A stretch of DNA of 64,000 nucleotides from Candidatus Latescibacterota bacterium (GTDB taxonomy: Bacteria > Krumholzibacteriota > Krumholzibacteriia > WVZY01 > JAKEHA01): contig OY970173.1 of NCBI GenBank assembly GCA_963707635.1, positions 2,752,001-2,816,000 on the forward strand. The letters are read 5' to 3'. Positions 19,875 through 30,271 of the stretch are shown here, in pieces (the first letter of the stretch is position 1; every line of letters begins with the position of its first letter). Both the position numbers and the translations under genes were made by a program. The notes under the pieces were generated by a model. The model saw nothing but the letters and a program-made list of their open reading frames with translations. It searched no databases and was not told the origin of the DNA.

Positions 19875-21521
19875 ATGAGCCGGACATCATTGACGATCAT
19901 CACCATCCTGGTTCTTGGCGCGGCCAGTGCCGCTGCCGAAACCTTCCATCAGTCACCCTACCTCGCCGAGGCCGGGGTGAACGTGCTGTCCCGGAACGTG
20001 GCCAACGAGCAGTTCGGAAAGAACCTGTTCGGCGACCCGTACGCGACCGTCGTGGTGGGAAACGTGGACGTCTACGACCGTTTCCCCTACATCGAAGCGC
20101 GCTACTTTCAGATCGTGTCCGACCCGGCCTGGAACCGCCTGCTGATGGGCGAGGTGGGCCGCGGCCTGGTGGCGTTCGACGGCGCGCAGAGCCCCTTCGG
20201 CCGCCTGGCGGGCCCGCACGGCCTCGCCAGCGACGGGCGCGGGCGCCTGTACGTCGCCGACACCGACAACAACCGCGTGCTCGTGTTTCGAGCCGTGAGC
20301 GAGTTCGACCGCATGGAGCTCCAGCCCCTCTACGCCGTGGACGGCCTGAGCAAGCCGTTCGCGGTCGCGGTGTCGGACGGCGGCACGCCGCTCGTCGCCG
20401 GAGACGACGCCCTGTTCGTGGCGAACACGGGCCGCAACGAAGTGCGCCGCTACGCGCTCTCCGACAACGGCGCGCGTTTAACGTTCGCAATCGGTGAACT
20501 GGGCAGCGGCGACGGCCGCTTCGCGGGTCCGATGGCGATCGCCGTGGGCCGCCGCGACGGCGCCAGTTCCGCCGAAGTCTTCGTGTCCGACACGCACAAC
20601 GCGCGCATCGTGCGCCTGCGCGACACCGGCTCTTCGCTGGCGTGGAACGGGTCCACCGCGCACACCCTGGGCCTGATCACCTCGCTGGACACCGACCACT
20701 GGGGCAACGTCTACGCGGCGGCGCCGCAGGCCGGCCGCGTGACCAAGTTCACCGCGTCCCTGTATCCCGTGGCGACGTTCGCCGGCGACATCAAGCGCCC
20801 GCGCAGTTTCCACGTGGTGTTCGCCAACGTCTCCGACCATCGCGCCGGCACCGAGACCCGCGCGGGCCAGGGCACCGGCGTCCTGGTCGAGGAGTGGGGC
20901 GGACAGAGCGGGTTGCGGCTGGTGAACCTCGGCGTCGAGTTGACCGACGCCGCGGTCGTCGGCAACGACGTCCTCGACGTGACGCTCACCGACCACGCAG
21001 CCGTCAGCGCGGAGATCGTGGATCCCCGCAGCGGCGCGGTGGTCGCGCACCACGAGGCGGGTGTGCTGGGCGCGGGGCGGCAGACGATCCGCTTCGCTCC
21101 CGCCGACTACGTCTCGGCTTACAGCGCGGGCGAGTACCGCGTGACGCTTCGCGCCCGCTCGACCTACGACCAGAGCACGTTGAGCGAGGTGCAGGTCCCG
21201 ATCACGATGAACGGCTCCGGCGGCCCGGCGTACGCAAATCGTTTCGCGCTCCTGGGCAACACGCCCAACCCGTTCAACCCGGTCACGACCATTCGCTTCA
21301 CCGTCCCCGCGGGGCCGAGCCGCCCGTACAGCCTGCGCGTCTACGACGTGCAGGGCCGTCTGGTGCGCGAGCTGGCCTCCGGCCAGATCGGCGGCGGGAT
21401 GCACGAGGTGCGCTGGGACGGCCGCGATGCGCGCGGCGAAGCGTCGAGCTCCGGCATCTACCTCTATCGCCTCCAGGTCGGCCAGGAGCAATTGACCGGC
21501 AAGATGGCGCTCTTGAAGTAG
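19875..21521 (+). CDS. Secreted NHL-repeat beta-propeller protein with FlgD-Ig/T9SS-like CTD
   Basis: GPHGLASDGRGRLYVADTDNNRV; NTPNPFNPVT...WDGRD...SGIYLYRL...KMALLK. Confidence 0.8.
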   Translation: MSRTSLTIITILVLGAASAAAETFHQSPYLAEAGVNVLSRNVANEQFGKNLFGDPYATVVVGNVDVYDRFPYIEARYFQIVSDPAWNRLLMGEVGRGLVAFDGAQSPFGRLAGPHGLASDGRGRLYVADTDNNRVLVFRAVSEFDRMELQPLYAVDGLSKPFAVAVSDGGTPLVAGDDALFVANTGRNEVRRYALSDNGARLTFAIGELGSGDGRFAGPMAIAVGRRDGASSAEVFVSDTHNARIVRLRDTGSSLAWNGSTAHTLGLITSLDTDHWGNVYAAAPQAGRVTKFTASLYPVATFAGDIKRPRSFHVVFANVSDHRAGTETRAGQGTGVLVEEWGGQSGLRLVNLGVELTDAAVVGNDVLDVTLTDHAAVSAEIVDPRSGAVVAHHEAGVLGAGRQTIRFAPADYVSAYSAGEYRVTLRARSTYDQSTLSEVQVPITMNGSGGPAYANRFALLGNTPNPFNPVTTIRFTVPAGPSRPYSLRVYDVQGRLVRELASGQIGGGMHEVRWDGRDARGEASSSGIYLYRLQVGQEQLTGKMALLK

Positions 21522-21530
21522 GAGAGATTC

Positions 21531-22154
21531 GTGAAGCGCATGTCGGCAATGCGGAAGAGGAAACGAGCGCGAACGTGGGCAGCGGCCGTGCTGCCCGCGC
21601 TCGCGCTGTCCGCCTGCGTCCTCGACGAACCGGAGATCGACAAGCGCTGGACGGTGCTGGAGTTCGTCGACGTCGCGCCGCAGCCGGAGCAGACGTCGCC
21701 GGGCGGACAGCCGATCAACGTGTCGGTAAGCGGGCGGATCACGTACCGGGACATTCTCACCGGGTTCCTGGTGGCCGAAGTCCGCTACAGCGACACCATC
21801 TCGCCGGCCAGCGTTCCCCTCGACCCGACCGAGAACACGCTCGAGGCCGCGGAGGCCATTGATCAGATTCTGGCGAACTCGGTGACGTGCGGTCGCGCGA
21901 CGCGCGCGGTGACCGGGTTCGATCATCTCATGCAGGACATCAATCTCTCGTTCACCGCCACGGTGCCGCCAGCCATGTACGCGGGCGGCGCGACCGCGGG
22001 CCGGGGGCTCTACCTCCTCCTCTATATGGGCGCGGGCGACGAAATCGAGCTCGCGAACGGCGCCGACTCGCTGGTCGTGACCCCGTTCGTCTCGACCCAG
22101 TACGAGGTCCTGCACAACGGATTCGCACTGCGGATCACCCCGCCAGTGCCTTGA
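21531..22154 (+). CDS. Hypothetical lipoprotein
   Basis: Basic N-terminus plus LALSAC lipobox; in operon. Confidence 0.7.
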   Translation: MKRMSAMRKRKRARTWAAAVLPALALSACVLDEPEIDKRWTVLEFVDVAPQPEQTSPGGQPINVSVSGRITYRDILTGFLVAEVRYSDTISPASVPLDPTENTLEAAEAIDQILANSVTCGRATRAVTGFDHLMQDINLSFTATVPPAMYAGGATAGRGLYLLLYMGAGDEIELANGADSLVVTPFVSTQYEVLHNGFALRITPPVP

Positions 22155-22156
22155 TC

Positions 22157-22897
22157 ATGCGGCCGCTGACCATGCTTGGCCGGGGAATGGCAGCGGTCCG
22201 CACGGGGTTACACGGCCCCGCACCACGGGGCCGGCGATCGTTTCGCCCAGGGGCGGCGATCGTTTTTTTTGCGGTGGCAACGGCCTCGACCGCCCGCGCT
22301 GGCACAATCCCTGCGGGTGGCAGCACGCGTCTCGCGATCGGCGCCATCATCGGTGGCGTCGCGTTCGACCCGAGCCTCGACGACTACCGCTGGGACGTGA
22401 GTCCCGCGATGCAGTCGGGGGCGCAGGCGACGCTGTACTGGAAGTGGCTCGCGGCCGGCGCGCGCGTGTGGCGCGCGCACACGACGCAGGCCAGCGGAAT
22501 CCCGGGCGAGAGTCAGGCTCCCCGGGTGAACATGACCGGAATCGAGCTCGCCGTCGGCGCCCGCGCGCTCTCGGTTCTCGGCGTCGAGCTGTGGGGGTCC
22601 GCCAGCGCGGGGCGGTTGCTCCTCGGGTACGACCCGGACCAGCTCACGTTCGACTCCGGCGGAATCGGCGCACCCATCACGGTCGCCTACCAGCCGATCG
22701 ACGAGTGGGACGTCGGCGCCGGCATCGAGCTGCGCAGGGAAATCGCGCGGCAGATGTCGCTGGCGCTCGAAACGGCTGTGACCAGTTTCGCTCTCGATAC
22801 CGCGCATCGTCGCGGCAACGAGATCGTGGAATCGCGCGAGCGGTTCTACACCTGGAATCTGCGCTTCGAAGTCGCCTGGCTGATCGATCTGGACTGA
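22157..22897 (+). CDS. Putative outer-membrane beta-barrel protein
   Basis: Signal-like segment; amphipathic strands (WDVGAGIELR, TWNLRFEVAW); start uncertain. Confidence 0.6.
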   Translation: MRPLTMLGRGMAAVRTGLHGPAPRGRRSFRPGAAIVFFAVATASTARAGTIPAGGSTRLAIGAIIGGVAFDPSLDDYRWDVSPAMQSGAQATLYWKWLAAGARVWRAHTTQASGIPGESQAPRVNMTGIELAVGARALSVLGVELWGSASAGRLLLGYDPDQLTFDSGGIGAPITVAYQPIDEWDVGAGIELRREIARQMSLALETAVTSFALDTAHRRGNEIVESRERFYTWNLRFEVAWLIDLD

Positions 22898-22946
22898 CGC
22901 CCGAGCGCGACGCGCGAAGGCGAGCAAGCAAGCAAAGGAAGATGCC

Positions 22947-23801
22947 ATGAAGCGAAGGGGGCATATGTGGCCGGCGGCCGTCGTGGCCGCCATCCTCGCG
23001 ACGGGAACGGGAACACGGGCCGCGGCCGGCACCGACACTCCCGCGCCCGCGACGACTCCCGACCCGAACACACCCCACGTCCTCGTGGAGAAGAAGGTCC
23101 GCCTGATCGGCGACGGCAACAATGTCGTCCGCACCGGGCCGGGCAACAGCTTCGCGATCGTGGGTGTCTACTCGGAGGGGTCCGAGTTCGTCGTCATCGC
23201 CAAGCACGAAGAGTGGTACAACATCCGCCTCTCGGACATCGAAACCGGGTGGATCCATTCGTCGCTGTGCAAGGAGTTCGACGACATGTCCAACCTCGAG
23301 TTCCGCCCCAACCCGCGGTTGTTCTCCCGGATCGGCAGCTTCGCCCTCACCGCCTACACCGGCGGCTACGCGTTCGACGAGAAGTCCAACTCGCTGGTGC
23401 TGGGCGGCCACGTCGGCTACTACGTGCTCGAGTTCATCGAAGTGGAAGGCACCCTCGGCTGGACGCACGTCGTGCGCCCGGCGGAGATCGTGGAATCGCT
23501 CTTCGACCTCACGCTCGAGGAAGAAGAATTCCACATGCTCTATTACGCGATGAACATGAACGTGAAGCTGCTTCCGGGACGGCAGATGGTCCCGTTCCTG
23601 ACCGGCGGCGCCGGCAGCTCGATCATGCAGGGCGAGACCGAAACCAGCTTCAACTTCGGCCTCGGCCTCGACTTCTTCGTCAAGAAGGCGCTCGCGGTTC
23701 GCTTCGAGTTTCGCGACTACATGTTCGACTCGGGGACGTCCGAGAGCCGCCAGAGCAACTCCAACTTCGAATTCAGCGTCGGCGCCACGTTCCTGGAGTA
23801 G
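22947..23801 (+). CDS. SH3 domain plus outer-membrane beta-barrel protein (GltA/B/H-like architecture)
   Basis: NVVRTGPGNSFAIV...WYNI...GWI (bacterial SH3); VPFLTGGAG, VRFEFRDY, NFEFSVGATF. Confidence 0.78.
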   Translation: MKRRGHMWPAAVVAAILATGTGTRAAAGTDTPAPATTPDPNTPHVLVEKKVRLIGDGNNVVRTGPGNSFAIVGVYSEGSEFVVIAKHEEWYNIRLSDIETGWIHSSLCKEFDDMSNLEFRPNPRLFSRIGSFALTAYTGGYAFDEKSNSLVLGGHVGYYVLEFIEVEGTLGWTHVVRPAEIVESLFDLTLEEEEFHMLYYAMNMNVKLLPGRQMVPFLTGGAGSSIMQGETETSFNFGLGLDFFVKKALAVRFEFRDYMFDSGTSESRQSNSNFEFSVGATFLE

Positions 23802-23812
23802 GGGGTCACGGA

Positions 23813-24400
23813 ATGCTTCAGTCGCAGCTCATCGTCTCGTCGCTCGTCCGCCATCGGCGCGCGCTGGTGCTCGCGCTCGTCATGGTCGGCGTGGCGGGGC
23901 CGTCCCGGGCCGGCGACCCGGTCCCCTTCTCCGCGCGCTCGGGGCTGGACGTGGCCCGCGACGCCGCGCGCACCTGGGCGCCCGACGCGCACCTGGTCTA
24001 CGTGGAAAACGACGAAGACGTGGCCGCCGACGGCACCGCCGTCCGCTGGGGGTACCTGTTCTATTCGCCGGGCCGGGCGAAAGCGCGCGGCTACTCGGTG
24101 CGCGACGGGAAGATCCTGGAGGCCACCGACCTCGAGTTCGATTTCGACGCGCCTCCGCTCGCGGAGGAGTGGATCGACAGCCAGGCCGCGCTGACCGCGG
24201 CCGAAAAGAAAGCCGGGCAGGAATACTGCCTCGAGCACGGGGGCAAGTTGAGCACCATGCTCCTGATCCGCGGCGCGTTCGACGAAAAGAAGCCGAATGC
24301 GAGCACGTGGGCGCTCGTCTACACCTCGAGCAGCGAACCCGCCCTCTTCGTCGTCGTCGACGCGGCCAAGGGCGAGGTCATCCGCGTGTGGAGGGGTTGA
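23813..24400 (+). CDS. Secreted hypothetical protein (PepSY-like repeats)
   Basis: Signal peptide; WIDSQAAL..A and VVVDAAKGEVI. Confidence 0.6.
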   Translation: MLQSQLIVSSLVRHRRALVLALVMVGVAGPSRAGDPVPFSARSGLDVARDAARTWAPDAHLVYVENDEDVAADGTAVRWGYLFYSPGRAKARGYSVRDGKILEATDLEFDFDAPPLAEEWIDSQAALTAAEKKAGQEYCLEHGGKLSTMLLIRGAFDEKKPNASTWALVYTSSSEPALFVVVDAAKGEVIRVWRG

Positions 24401-24404
24401 CGTG

Positions 24405-25244
24405 ATGCCCGTGTCGACGTCGCGAATCACGCTGGGGATGTTCGTGCTGCTGCTGGCGGCGTCGCCGGTCATTGTGTCGGCGCAGGAGAGCGTCGACGCG
24501 GTGGGCGACGCGATCGACGCCATCGATCCCGTGCAGGAGACGGTCGAGGTCAAGCGCACCGACCTCAAGGAACCGAAGCACTCCAGCCTCAAGTTTTTGC
24601 GCGATAACCGCGTGTTCCTGCGCTCGCAGCTCGACCGGTTGCGGCTCCAGGTCACGCGCGAGCGCGGCGACGGCGCGATGATCCTCGACGAGCGCTACCT
24701 GCGCTTGCAGGAGATGTCGGCCGCGATCGCCGCCGCGTGCGACACCGTGCGCACCGGCCAGGAGCTGGCCGCGCGCCGCGATCTCATGGAGAGCGTCACC
24801 CGGCTGGGCGAGATGGAGGGCGAGCTGACTCTCATGGAGACGCTGGTCGCGGAGCAGCAGCGCCGCCTCCTCGCTCTGGAAAAGGACTTTCTCGGCCACC
24901 AGGAAACGGCGCTGGTCATCGTCGTCCGGGGCCTGTCCGGGAAGGGTGCGCCGGCGTCGATCGAAATCGCCGAGGAGAACGAAATCGTACGCGTCGCCCT
25001 TTCAGTTGAGCAGCAGCGCTCGCTCGAGCAGGGCGGCATTGCGCAGGTGTTCCACGAGTTCGTCGAGCCGCGCGCGCACACGTTCGCGGTGAGCTTCGCG
25101 GGCAGTTCGTGGACCGGCGCGGCGCCGCTGTCCGTGACCGTCGAGGCAACGCGCGACCGGCTCACGTTCCTGGAGCTGGACCTGAGCCGGCTCGACCCGA
25201 ATCAACCGACACTTGGACTCCTGACCAGCACCTGGTACCGGTAA
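24405..25244 (+). CDS. Secreted coiled-coil protein with C-terminal beta domain, conserved hypothetical
   Basis: Signal peptide; long heptad region; LLALEKDFL...SLEQGGIAQVF resembles a small protein I recall from Glt-like clusters (unverified). Confidence 0.65.
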   Translation: MPVSTSRITLGMFVLLLAASPVIVSAQESVDAVGDAIDAIDPVQETVEVKRTDLKEPKHSSLKFLRDNRVFLRSQLDRLRLQVTRERGDGAMILDERYLRLQEMSAAIAAACDTVRTGQELAARRDLMESVTRLGEMEGELTLMETLVAEQQRRLLALEKDFLGHQETALVIVVRGLSGKGAPASIEIAEENEIVRVALSVEQQRSLEQGGIAQVFHEFVEPRAHTFAVSFAGSSWTGAAPLSVTVEATRDRLTFLELDLSRLDPNQPTLGLLTSTWYR

Positions 25245-25260
25245 GGAAGCAGCGCGTTCC

Positions 25261-28200
25261 ATGCGGAGACGGTTCAGGCACTCTCCGACGCGGCACGTCG
25301 GTTTGCTCGCGCTCGCGGGCCTCGTCTTCGCGCCGTCGTCGCGCGCGGCCGACGCGCCGGCGGGACCGCCGGCGCCGGTCACGTCGGTCCCGGCGATCCG
25401 AACCTTGACCACTCCCGAGTGGGATGCACTGAATCTCGGTCGCGCCGTCGATCTGTGGCTCGCGGGCGACCTTCGCAGTGCCGCCGAGCAACTGGAATCC
25501 GTCGACATCTCCCCCGCGTCCCCGTTCCCCCAGGCGGACCGCGCCGCATTCTTGCTGGCCGCCGCCTACCTGCGCCTGAACGACCGCGAATCGTTTGAAC
25601 GCGTCGCCGATCGCGCCGCCGACGCCACCGGGTCTCCCTATCGCCGCTGGATCAGCTATTGCCAGCTCACCCTCGCGCGCACGCGCGCCGGCGCCGGCAC
25701 CGGCCTCGTGAACGCGCTACCGGCGGGTTGCCCGGCGTCGACATCATGGGCGCGTCGTTCCTGCTGGAAGTCGGACCGGCCGGCCGACGCGCTGCGACTC
25801 CTCGAGTCCACCGAACCGGACGACGCGCTGGGTTCGATCCATCTCTATCTGCAGGCGCAGGCCCGTGCCGCCACCGGCGCGGACGCGACGCGCGATTGGG
25901 AGCGCCTGGCCGAACGGACGGCCCGCGGCGCCGCCGAGGCGGATTTGATCGGCGTCGCCGTCCTCGAGCTCGCCTCGGCGCGGCTCGCCCGCGGCGAGGA
26001 CATCGGACCCGTGCTCGACCGCATGCCACCCGCAAGCCGTCACGTCGCGCGCGCCGCGCACCTGCGCGGACTCGCCGCCATCGCGGCCGGCGACACCACG
26101 GCCGGCTCGAACATTCTCGCCCGCGTTCTCGACGAGCATCCCGCGTACGAGTCGCGCCGCGACGTCAAGCTGGCCCTGGGCCAGTCGGCGATGGATCGCC
26201 GGTTCTGGCACGCGGCGCTGCGTTACTTCGAATCCGCAGAGGACAACTGGGGCGACGAATACGGCTCGCTCGCGCGCCTCGAACGCGAGGACAGTCTCGC
26301 AGAGGTATGGCGCGTGTGGGAGGCGCCGAACGCGTGGCACGACGAGATCCGCCTCGCGCCGGAGGCGCTCCTGGCCGGCACGGCGGAGCTGGCGAATGAA
26401 TCGCTCGACCTGCGGCGCTCCCCCGACCTCGCGTCGGGCAAGAGTCTCACCGGCGAGCTGTGGCCCGCCCTCGACGGCGCGCGGGTCCGCGCGTCGTGGG
26501 ACTCCACCGACGCCCTGTCCCGCTTCACGCCCACATCCGACGAGTGGGAAGCCCTGCGCGCGCTGGCGAGCAACCGCCGTCGCGTGGCGAGTCTGGCGGC
26601 GTGGCAGGAACGGGTGATCGCCGAGCGGGAACGGGAAACGGCGCGCCGGATCGACTACCTGCGCGAGGGGCGCGAGCGCGCCGACTCGAGCGAGGCGCGC
26701 CTCGCGGACGGCGCCTCCCGGCTCGAGCTCCTCCTCGCGCGGCTCGACGCGGCCTTGCTCCAGCTCAAGTCGGTCCGTGACGGCGCGCTTCTGCAGATCG
26801 CCACGCGCACGCGCGCCACTATCGTCGAGTTCCAGCGCGACGTGCTGTTCCTGCAGGCGCTGCGTCACTTCCACGTCGACGGACCGAACCGGGACCGCCC
26901 GGAGCAATTCCCCGCCGGTGTTCCCTCGCCCGCCGAGCTGCTCACGCGCGAAGAGGCGCTGGCAGCGCAGTCCGACAGTCTGCTGACCCTGGTGGCGCAG
27001 CGCTATCCTGATTTGATCAATCGGTCGTACGCGGAAATCTGGGAGCCGCGGCTGATGGGCGACAGCCGGCTCATCCGGGTGGCGCTCAACACCGAGCTCA
27101 CGCGGTCCCGCCGCATCGGCGCGACCCTCGACTCCACCCTGGCCGGGTACGCCAACGACCCCGTCCTGGCGGCGGCCCGGGCGCGCCGCGACGAGTTGGC
27201 GGCCACCGCCGATTCGCTCCGCATCGCGGAGGACCGCCTGCGTCGCGACACCGCCCGCGCGGTGGCGGCGCGCGCCCGCGCCGCGCTCGTGCTGGAACGC
27301 GAGGCGATCGACTACCACCTCGCCGACGCCTCCTACGAACTGGCCGTCTACATGGGGTCCGACGCCACCAGCCCCGAAGACACCGTGGTCGCCGCGGAGT
27401 ACCGCGAGCGCGCGATCGGGTACCTGGGCGACTTCCTCGCGCGCTACCCGCAGAGCGTCGCGCGCGGCGAAACCCGCTTCCGGCTGGCCGACCTCCGGCT
27501 CGCGAAGGCGCGCGACGACTTCCAGGCGCGCATGGCGACGTTTCTGGGCGAGAACCCGACCGCCGATGACCTCGGCAACCGCGCGCTCGCGCCGTTCGTC
27601 GACTACGCCCCCGCGATCGCGCTCTACGAAAAGATCCTGGCCGAAGACACGAACTTCGCGCACGTGGACGCGGTGCTCTTCAACCTGGGCATGATCCTCT
27701 CCGACGACGGACAGCCCCGCGGCGCCGCGTACCTCGCGCGGCTCGTGGAGGAATACCCCGGTTCCCCGGACGCGCAGGAGGCGTGGCTGCGCATGGGGAG
27801 CGACCGTTTCGACGCCGAAGACTACGCGGGGTGCGTCCCGCTGTTCGAACACGCCGCCACCGGCAAGGATCCGTCCTTCACCGCCATCGCCCTGTACAAG
27901 CTCGGGTGGGCCTGTTTCGAGGAGGATCGCTTCGACGGATCGGCCGACGCGTTTCGCCGTTTGATGGACCACTACGCCGCCCATGCCGACGTCGCCCGGT
28001 CGATGGATCTGCGCGACGAGGCGGAAGAGTACCTCGTGCACTCGCTGGCCCGCGCCGGCGGCGCCGACGCGTTCCGCGACTATTTCGACCGCGTGGGCCA
28101 TCGCGACTACGAGGCGCGCATCCTGATGTCGCTCGGTCACCTGATGCGGAGCTTGAGTCTGTTTGAAGAGGCGGTGGCGTGCGACGAGTTGTGGCTGCGC

Positions 28201-30183
28201 CGCTACCCCACCGACCCGCAGGCGCTGGCGGTGGCGGATCGAATGGTGGCCACCTACCAGCGGTGGAACAAGCCCGACCAGGCCCGCGACGCCAAGCTCG
28301 CGCAGGCCGAGCGCTTCCTGCCCGGAAGCGCGTGGTACGAAGCGAACCGGGACGACGAACTCCGGCGCGCGTCGCTCGCCTTCGCACAGAGTGCGTATCG
28401 TGAAACGGCGGCCTACTACCACCGCCGCGCGCGCGCGACCAACGACGCGGCGAGCTGGCAGGCGGCGCTCACGAACTACGAACAGTACCTGACCCAGTGG
28501 CCGAAGACGGCCGACGTGTACCGCATCCACTACCTCGCGGGCGAGGCGGCCAGCCGGCTCAAGCAGTACCCGCGGTCGCTCGCGCACTTGAAAGCGGCGT
28601 CCGCCAGCGACTCCACCGCCCTGGCGGCGGAGGCGGCGTGGCAGCACGTGGCGGTGACCGACGAATGGTATCGAGGCTCGCGGATCGGCGGCGCATCGAC
28701 CGGCAACGATACCCTGGCGGTGAAGCTGCTCGCGACCAGCGGCGAGTTCGTTTCGCGCTACCCCGCGGACAAGCGCGCGGCCGACATCGTCTGGCGCCAG
28801 GGCAACGTGGCCTACGCGCACGGCTGGTACACCGAAGCGGCGACCAGCCTCGAGGCGTTCGCGAAGGCCTACGCGGCCGATCCGCGCGCGACCCGCGCGG
28901 TGCGCATGGGTGGCGACGCCCGCTACCGCCGCGCCGAGTACCAGCTCGCCGGCGCCGCGTACGAGCAGGCGCTCGCGCTGGCGCGCGCGTCCGGGCAGGA
29001 CTCCGTGGCGGCGGCGCTCGAGGTCACGATCCCGCTGTGCTACTTCAAGTATGCCGAGAGCGTCGCCGCGGCCGACAGCACGCACGGCGACGAAAAGGCC
29101 GCACCGCTGTTCGCGCGCGTCGCGAAGCTGTGGCCGCGATTCCAGTATCACGACCTCGCGCTGTACCGGGCCGGCCTCGGGTTCGCCGCTCACAAGAGCT
29201 ACGCCGACGCGGCCGCCTCGTGGGAACAATTGCTCGCCGAGCATCCCAAGAGCGAATACGCGCGCGACAGCGCCGTTCAGATCGCGCTCGCGCACGAGAA
29301 GTCCGGCAACGCCCGCAGTGCGGCGGCGGCCTACGAACGATTCTCTCGATTGTACCCGCAGGATCCCGATGCACCCGAAGCGCTGCTGAAGGCGATCGAT
29401 CTGCTGGTGGCCGCGCACGACGACGCCGGCGCCGAGCAGATGCGGAGCACGCTGCTAGAACGCTTCCCCGGTGAAACCGAGGCCGTCATGGAGATCCGTG
29501 CCCAGCGCGCCGGCCGCGAGCTGGCGAAGGTCTCGGCGGGCGGGTCGACGTTGTCGGCGCTACTCGCGACACCGAAGCCGGGCAAAGCCGCGAAAGGCAC
29601 CGCCGCGCCGGCGCCTTCGGCGTCGGACCTGCACGCGTACCTCGACCTCGCCGCGAAGCACCCGGAGCTGGCTTCGCCGGCCATCCTCGCCCAGGTCGAC
29701 TATCTCAAGGCCGAGGAGAAATACCCCGCCTATGCGGCGATGCGCCTGACGCAGCCCCTCCCCAAGGCCATCGAGAAGAAGAAGGCCAGCCTGGAAGCGC
29801 TGCTCAAAGCCTACGAAACCTGCGCGACGCGCGGCGTGACCGAATACGCGCGCGCCTCGGCGTATCGCATCGGGCAGGCGCTGATCGAATTCGGCGACGC
29901 GCTCATGAAGAGCGAGCGCCCGGAAGGATTGAGCGAGGAGGACCTGCTGGCGTACGACGAGGTGATCTCCGGCCAGAGCTTCGAGTTCTACGACCGTGGC
30001 GAAGACGTCTGGTCGACGATGCTGCAGCAGGCGCGCGACGCCAAAGGCGACGACCCGGGCGGGTGGCTCGTTCGCACCCGGGACGCGCTCTGGCCCCGTC
30101 TGGCGGAGCGTTTCCGTTTCCAGCCCGAGGTGGACTATCCGCGCATGGCCGCCACCCCACCCCCGGAACCGGGGGCGGAATAG
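25261..30183 (+). CDS. Very large periplasmic TPR/coiled-coil protein (GltD/AgmU-like)
   Basis: 1640 aa; signal peptide; many TPR units (DAVLFNLG, ALYKLGWA, ASAYRIG); C-terminal SERPEGLSEEDLLAYDE. Confidence 0.8.
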   Translation: MRRRFRHSPTRHVGLLALAGLVFAPSSRAADAPAGPPAPVTSVPAIRTLTTPEWDALNLGRAVDLWLAGDLRSAAEQLESVDISPASPFPQADRAAFLLAAAYLRLNDRESFERVADRAADATGSPYRRWISYCQLTLARTRAGAGTGLVNALPAGCPASTSWARRSCWKSDRPADALRLLESTEPDDALGSIHLYLQAQARAATGADATRDWERLAERTARGAAEADLIGVAVLELASARLARGEDIGPVLDRMPPASRHVARAAHLRGLAAIAAGDTTAGSNILARVLDEHPAYESRRDVKLALGQSAMDRRFWHAALRYFESAEDNWGDEYGSLARLEREDSLAEVWRVWEAPNAWHDEIRLAPEALLAGTAELANESLDLRRSPDLASGKSLTGELWPALDGARVRASWDSTDALSRFTPTSDEWEALRALASNRRRVASLAAWQERVIAERERETARRIDYLREGRERADSSEARLADGASRLELLLARLDAALLQLKSVRDGALLQIATRTRATIVEFQRDVLFLQALRHFHVDGPNRDRPEQFPAGVPSPAELLTREEALAAQSDSLLTLVAQRYPDLINRSYAEIWEPRLMGDSRLIRVALNTELTRSRRIGATLDSTLAGYANDPVLAAARARRDELAATADSLRIAEDRLRRDTARAVAARARAALVLEREAIDYHLADASYELAVYMGSDATSPEDTVVAAEYRERAIGYLGDFLARYPQSVARGETRFRLADLRLAKARDDFQARMATFLGENPTADDLGNRALAPFVDYAPAIALYEKILAEDTNFAHVDAVLFNLGMILSDDGQPRGAAYLARLVEEYPGSPDAQEAWLRMGSDRFDAEDYAGCVPLFEHAATGKDPSFTAIALYKLGWACFEEDRFDGSADAFRRLMDHYAAHADVARSMDLRDEAEEYLVHSLARAGGADAFRDYFDRVGHRDYEARILMSLGHLMRSLSLFEEAVACDELWLRRYPTDPQALAVADRMVATYQRWNKPDQARDAKLAQAERFLPGSAWYEANRDDELRRASLAFAQSAYRETAAYYHRRARATNDAASWQAALTNYEQYLTQWPKTADVYRIHYLAGEAASRLKQYPRSLAHLKAASASDSTALAAEAAWQHVAVTDEWYRGSRIGGASTGNDTLAVKLLATSGEFVSRYPADKRAADIVWRQGNVAYAHGWYTEAATSLEAFAKAYAADPRATRAVRMGGDARYRRAEYQLAGAAYEQALALARASGQDSVAAALEVTIPLCYFKYAESVAAADSTHGDEKAAPLFARVAKLWPRFQYHDLALYRAGLGFAAHKSYADAAASWEQLLAEHPKSEYARDSAVQIALAHEKSGNARSAAAAYERFSRLYPQDPDAPEALLKAIDLLVAAHDDAGAEQMRSTLLERFPGETEAVMEIRAQRAGRELAKVSAGGSTLSALLATPKPGKAAKGTAAPAPSASDLHAYLDLAAKHPELASPAILAQVDYLKAEEKYPAYAAMRLTQPLPKAIEKKKASLEALLKAYETCATRGVTEYARASAYRIGQALIEFGDALMKSERPEGLSEEDLLAYDEVISGQSFEFYDRGEDVWSTMLQQARDAKGDDPGGWLVRTRDALWPRLAERFRFQPEVDYPRMAATPPPEPGAE

Positions 30184-30271
30184 GTTGCCGGGGCCCGGGC
30201 CCGCGGGAACGACCCTTGCGTAGAGGAAGGTATCGGAATCATCCGAAACCAGGCAGTAACAACCGGGAACA

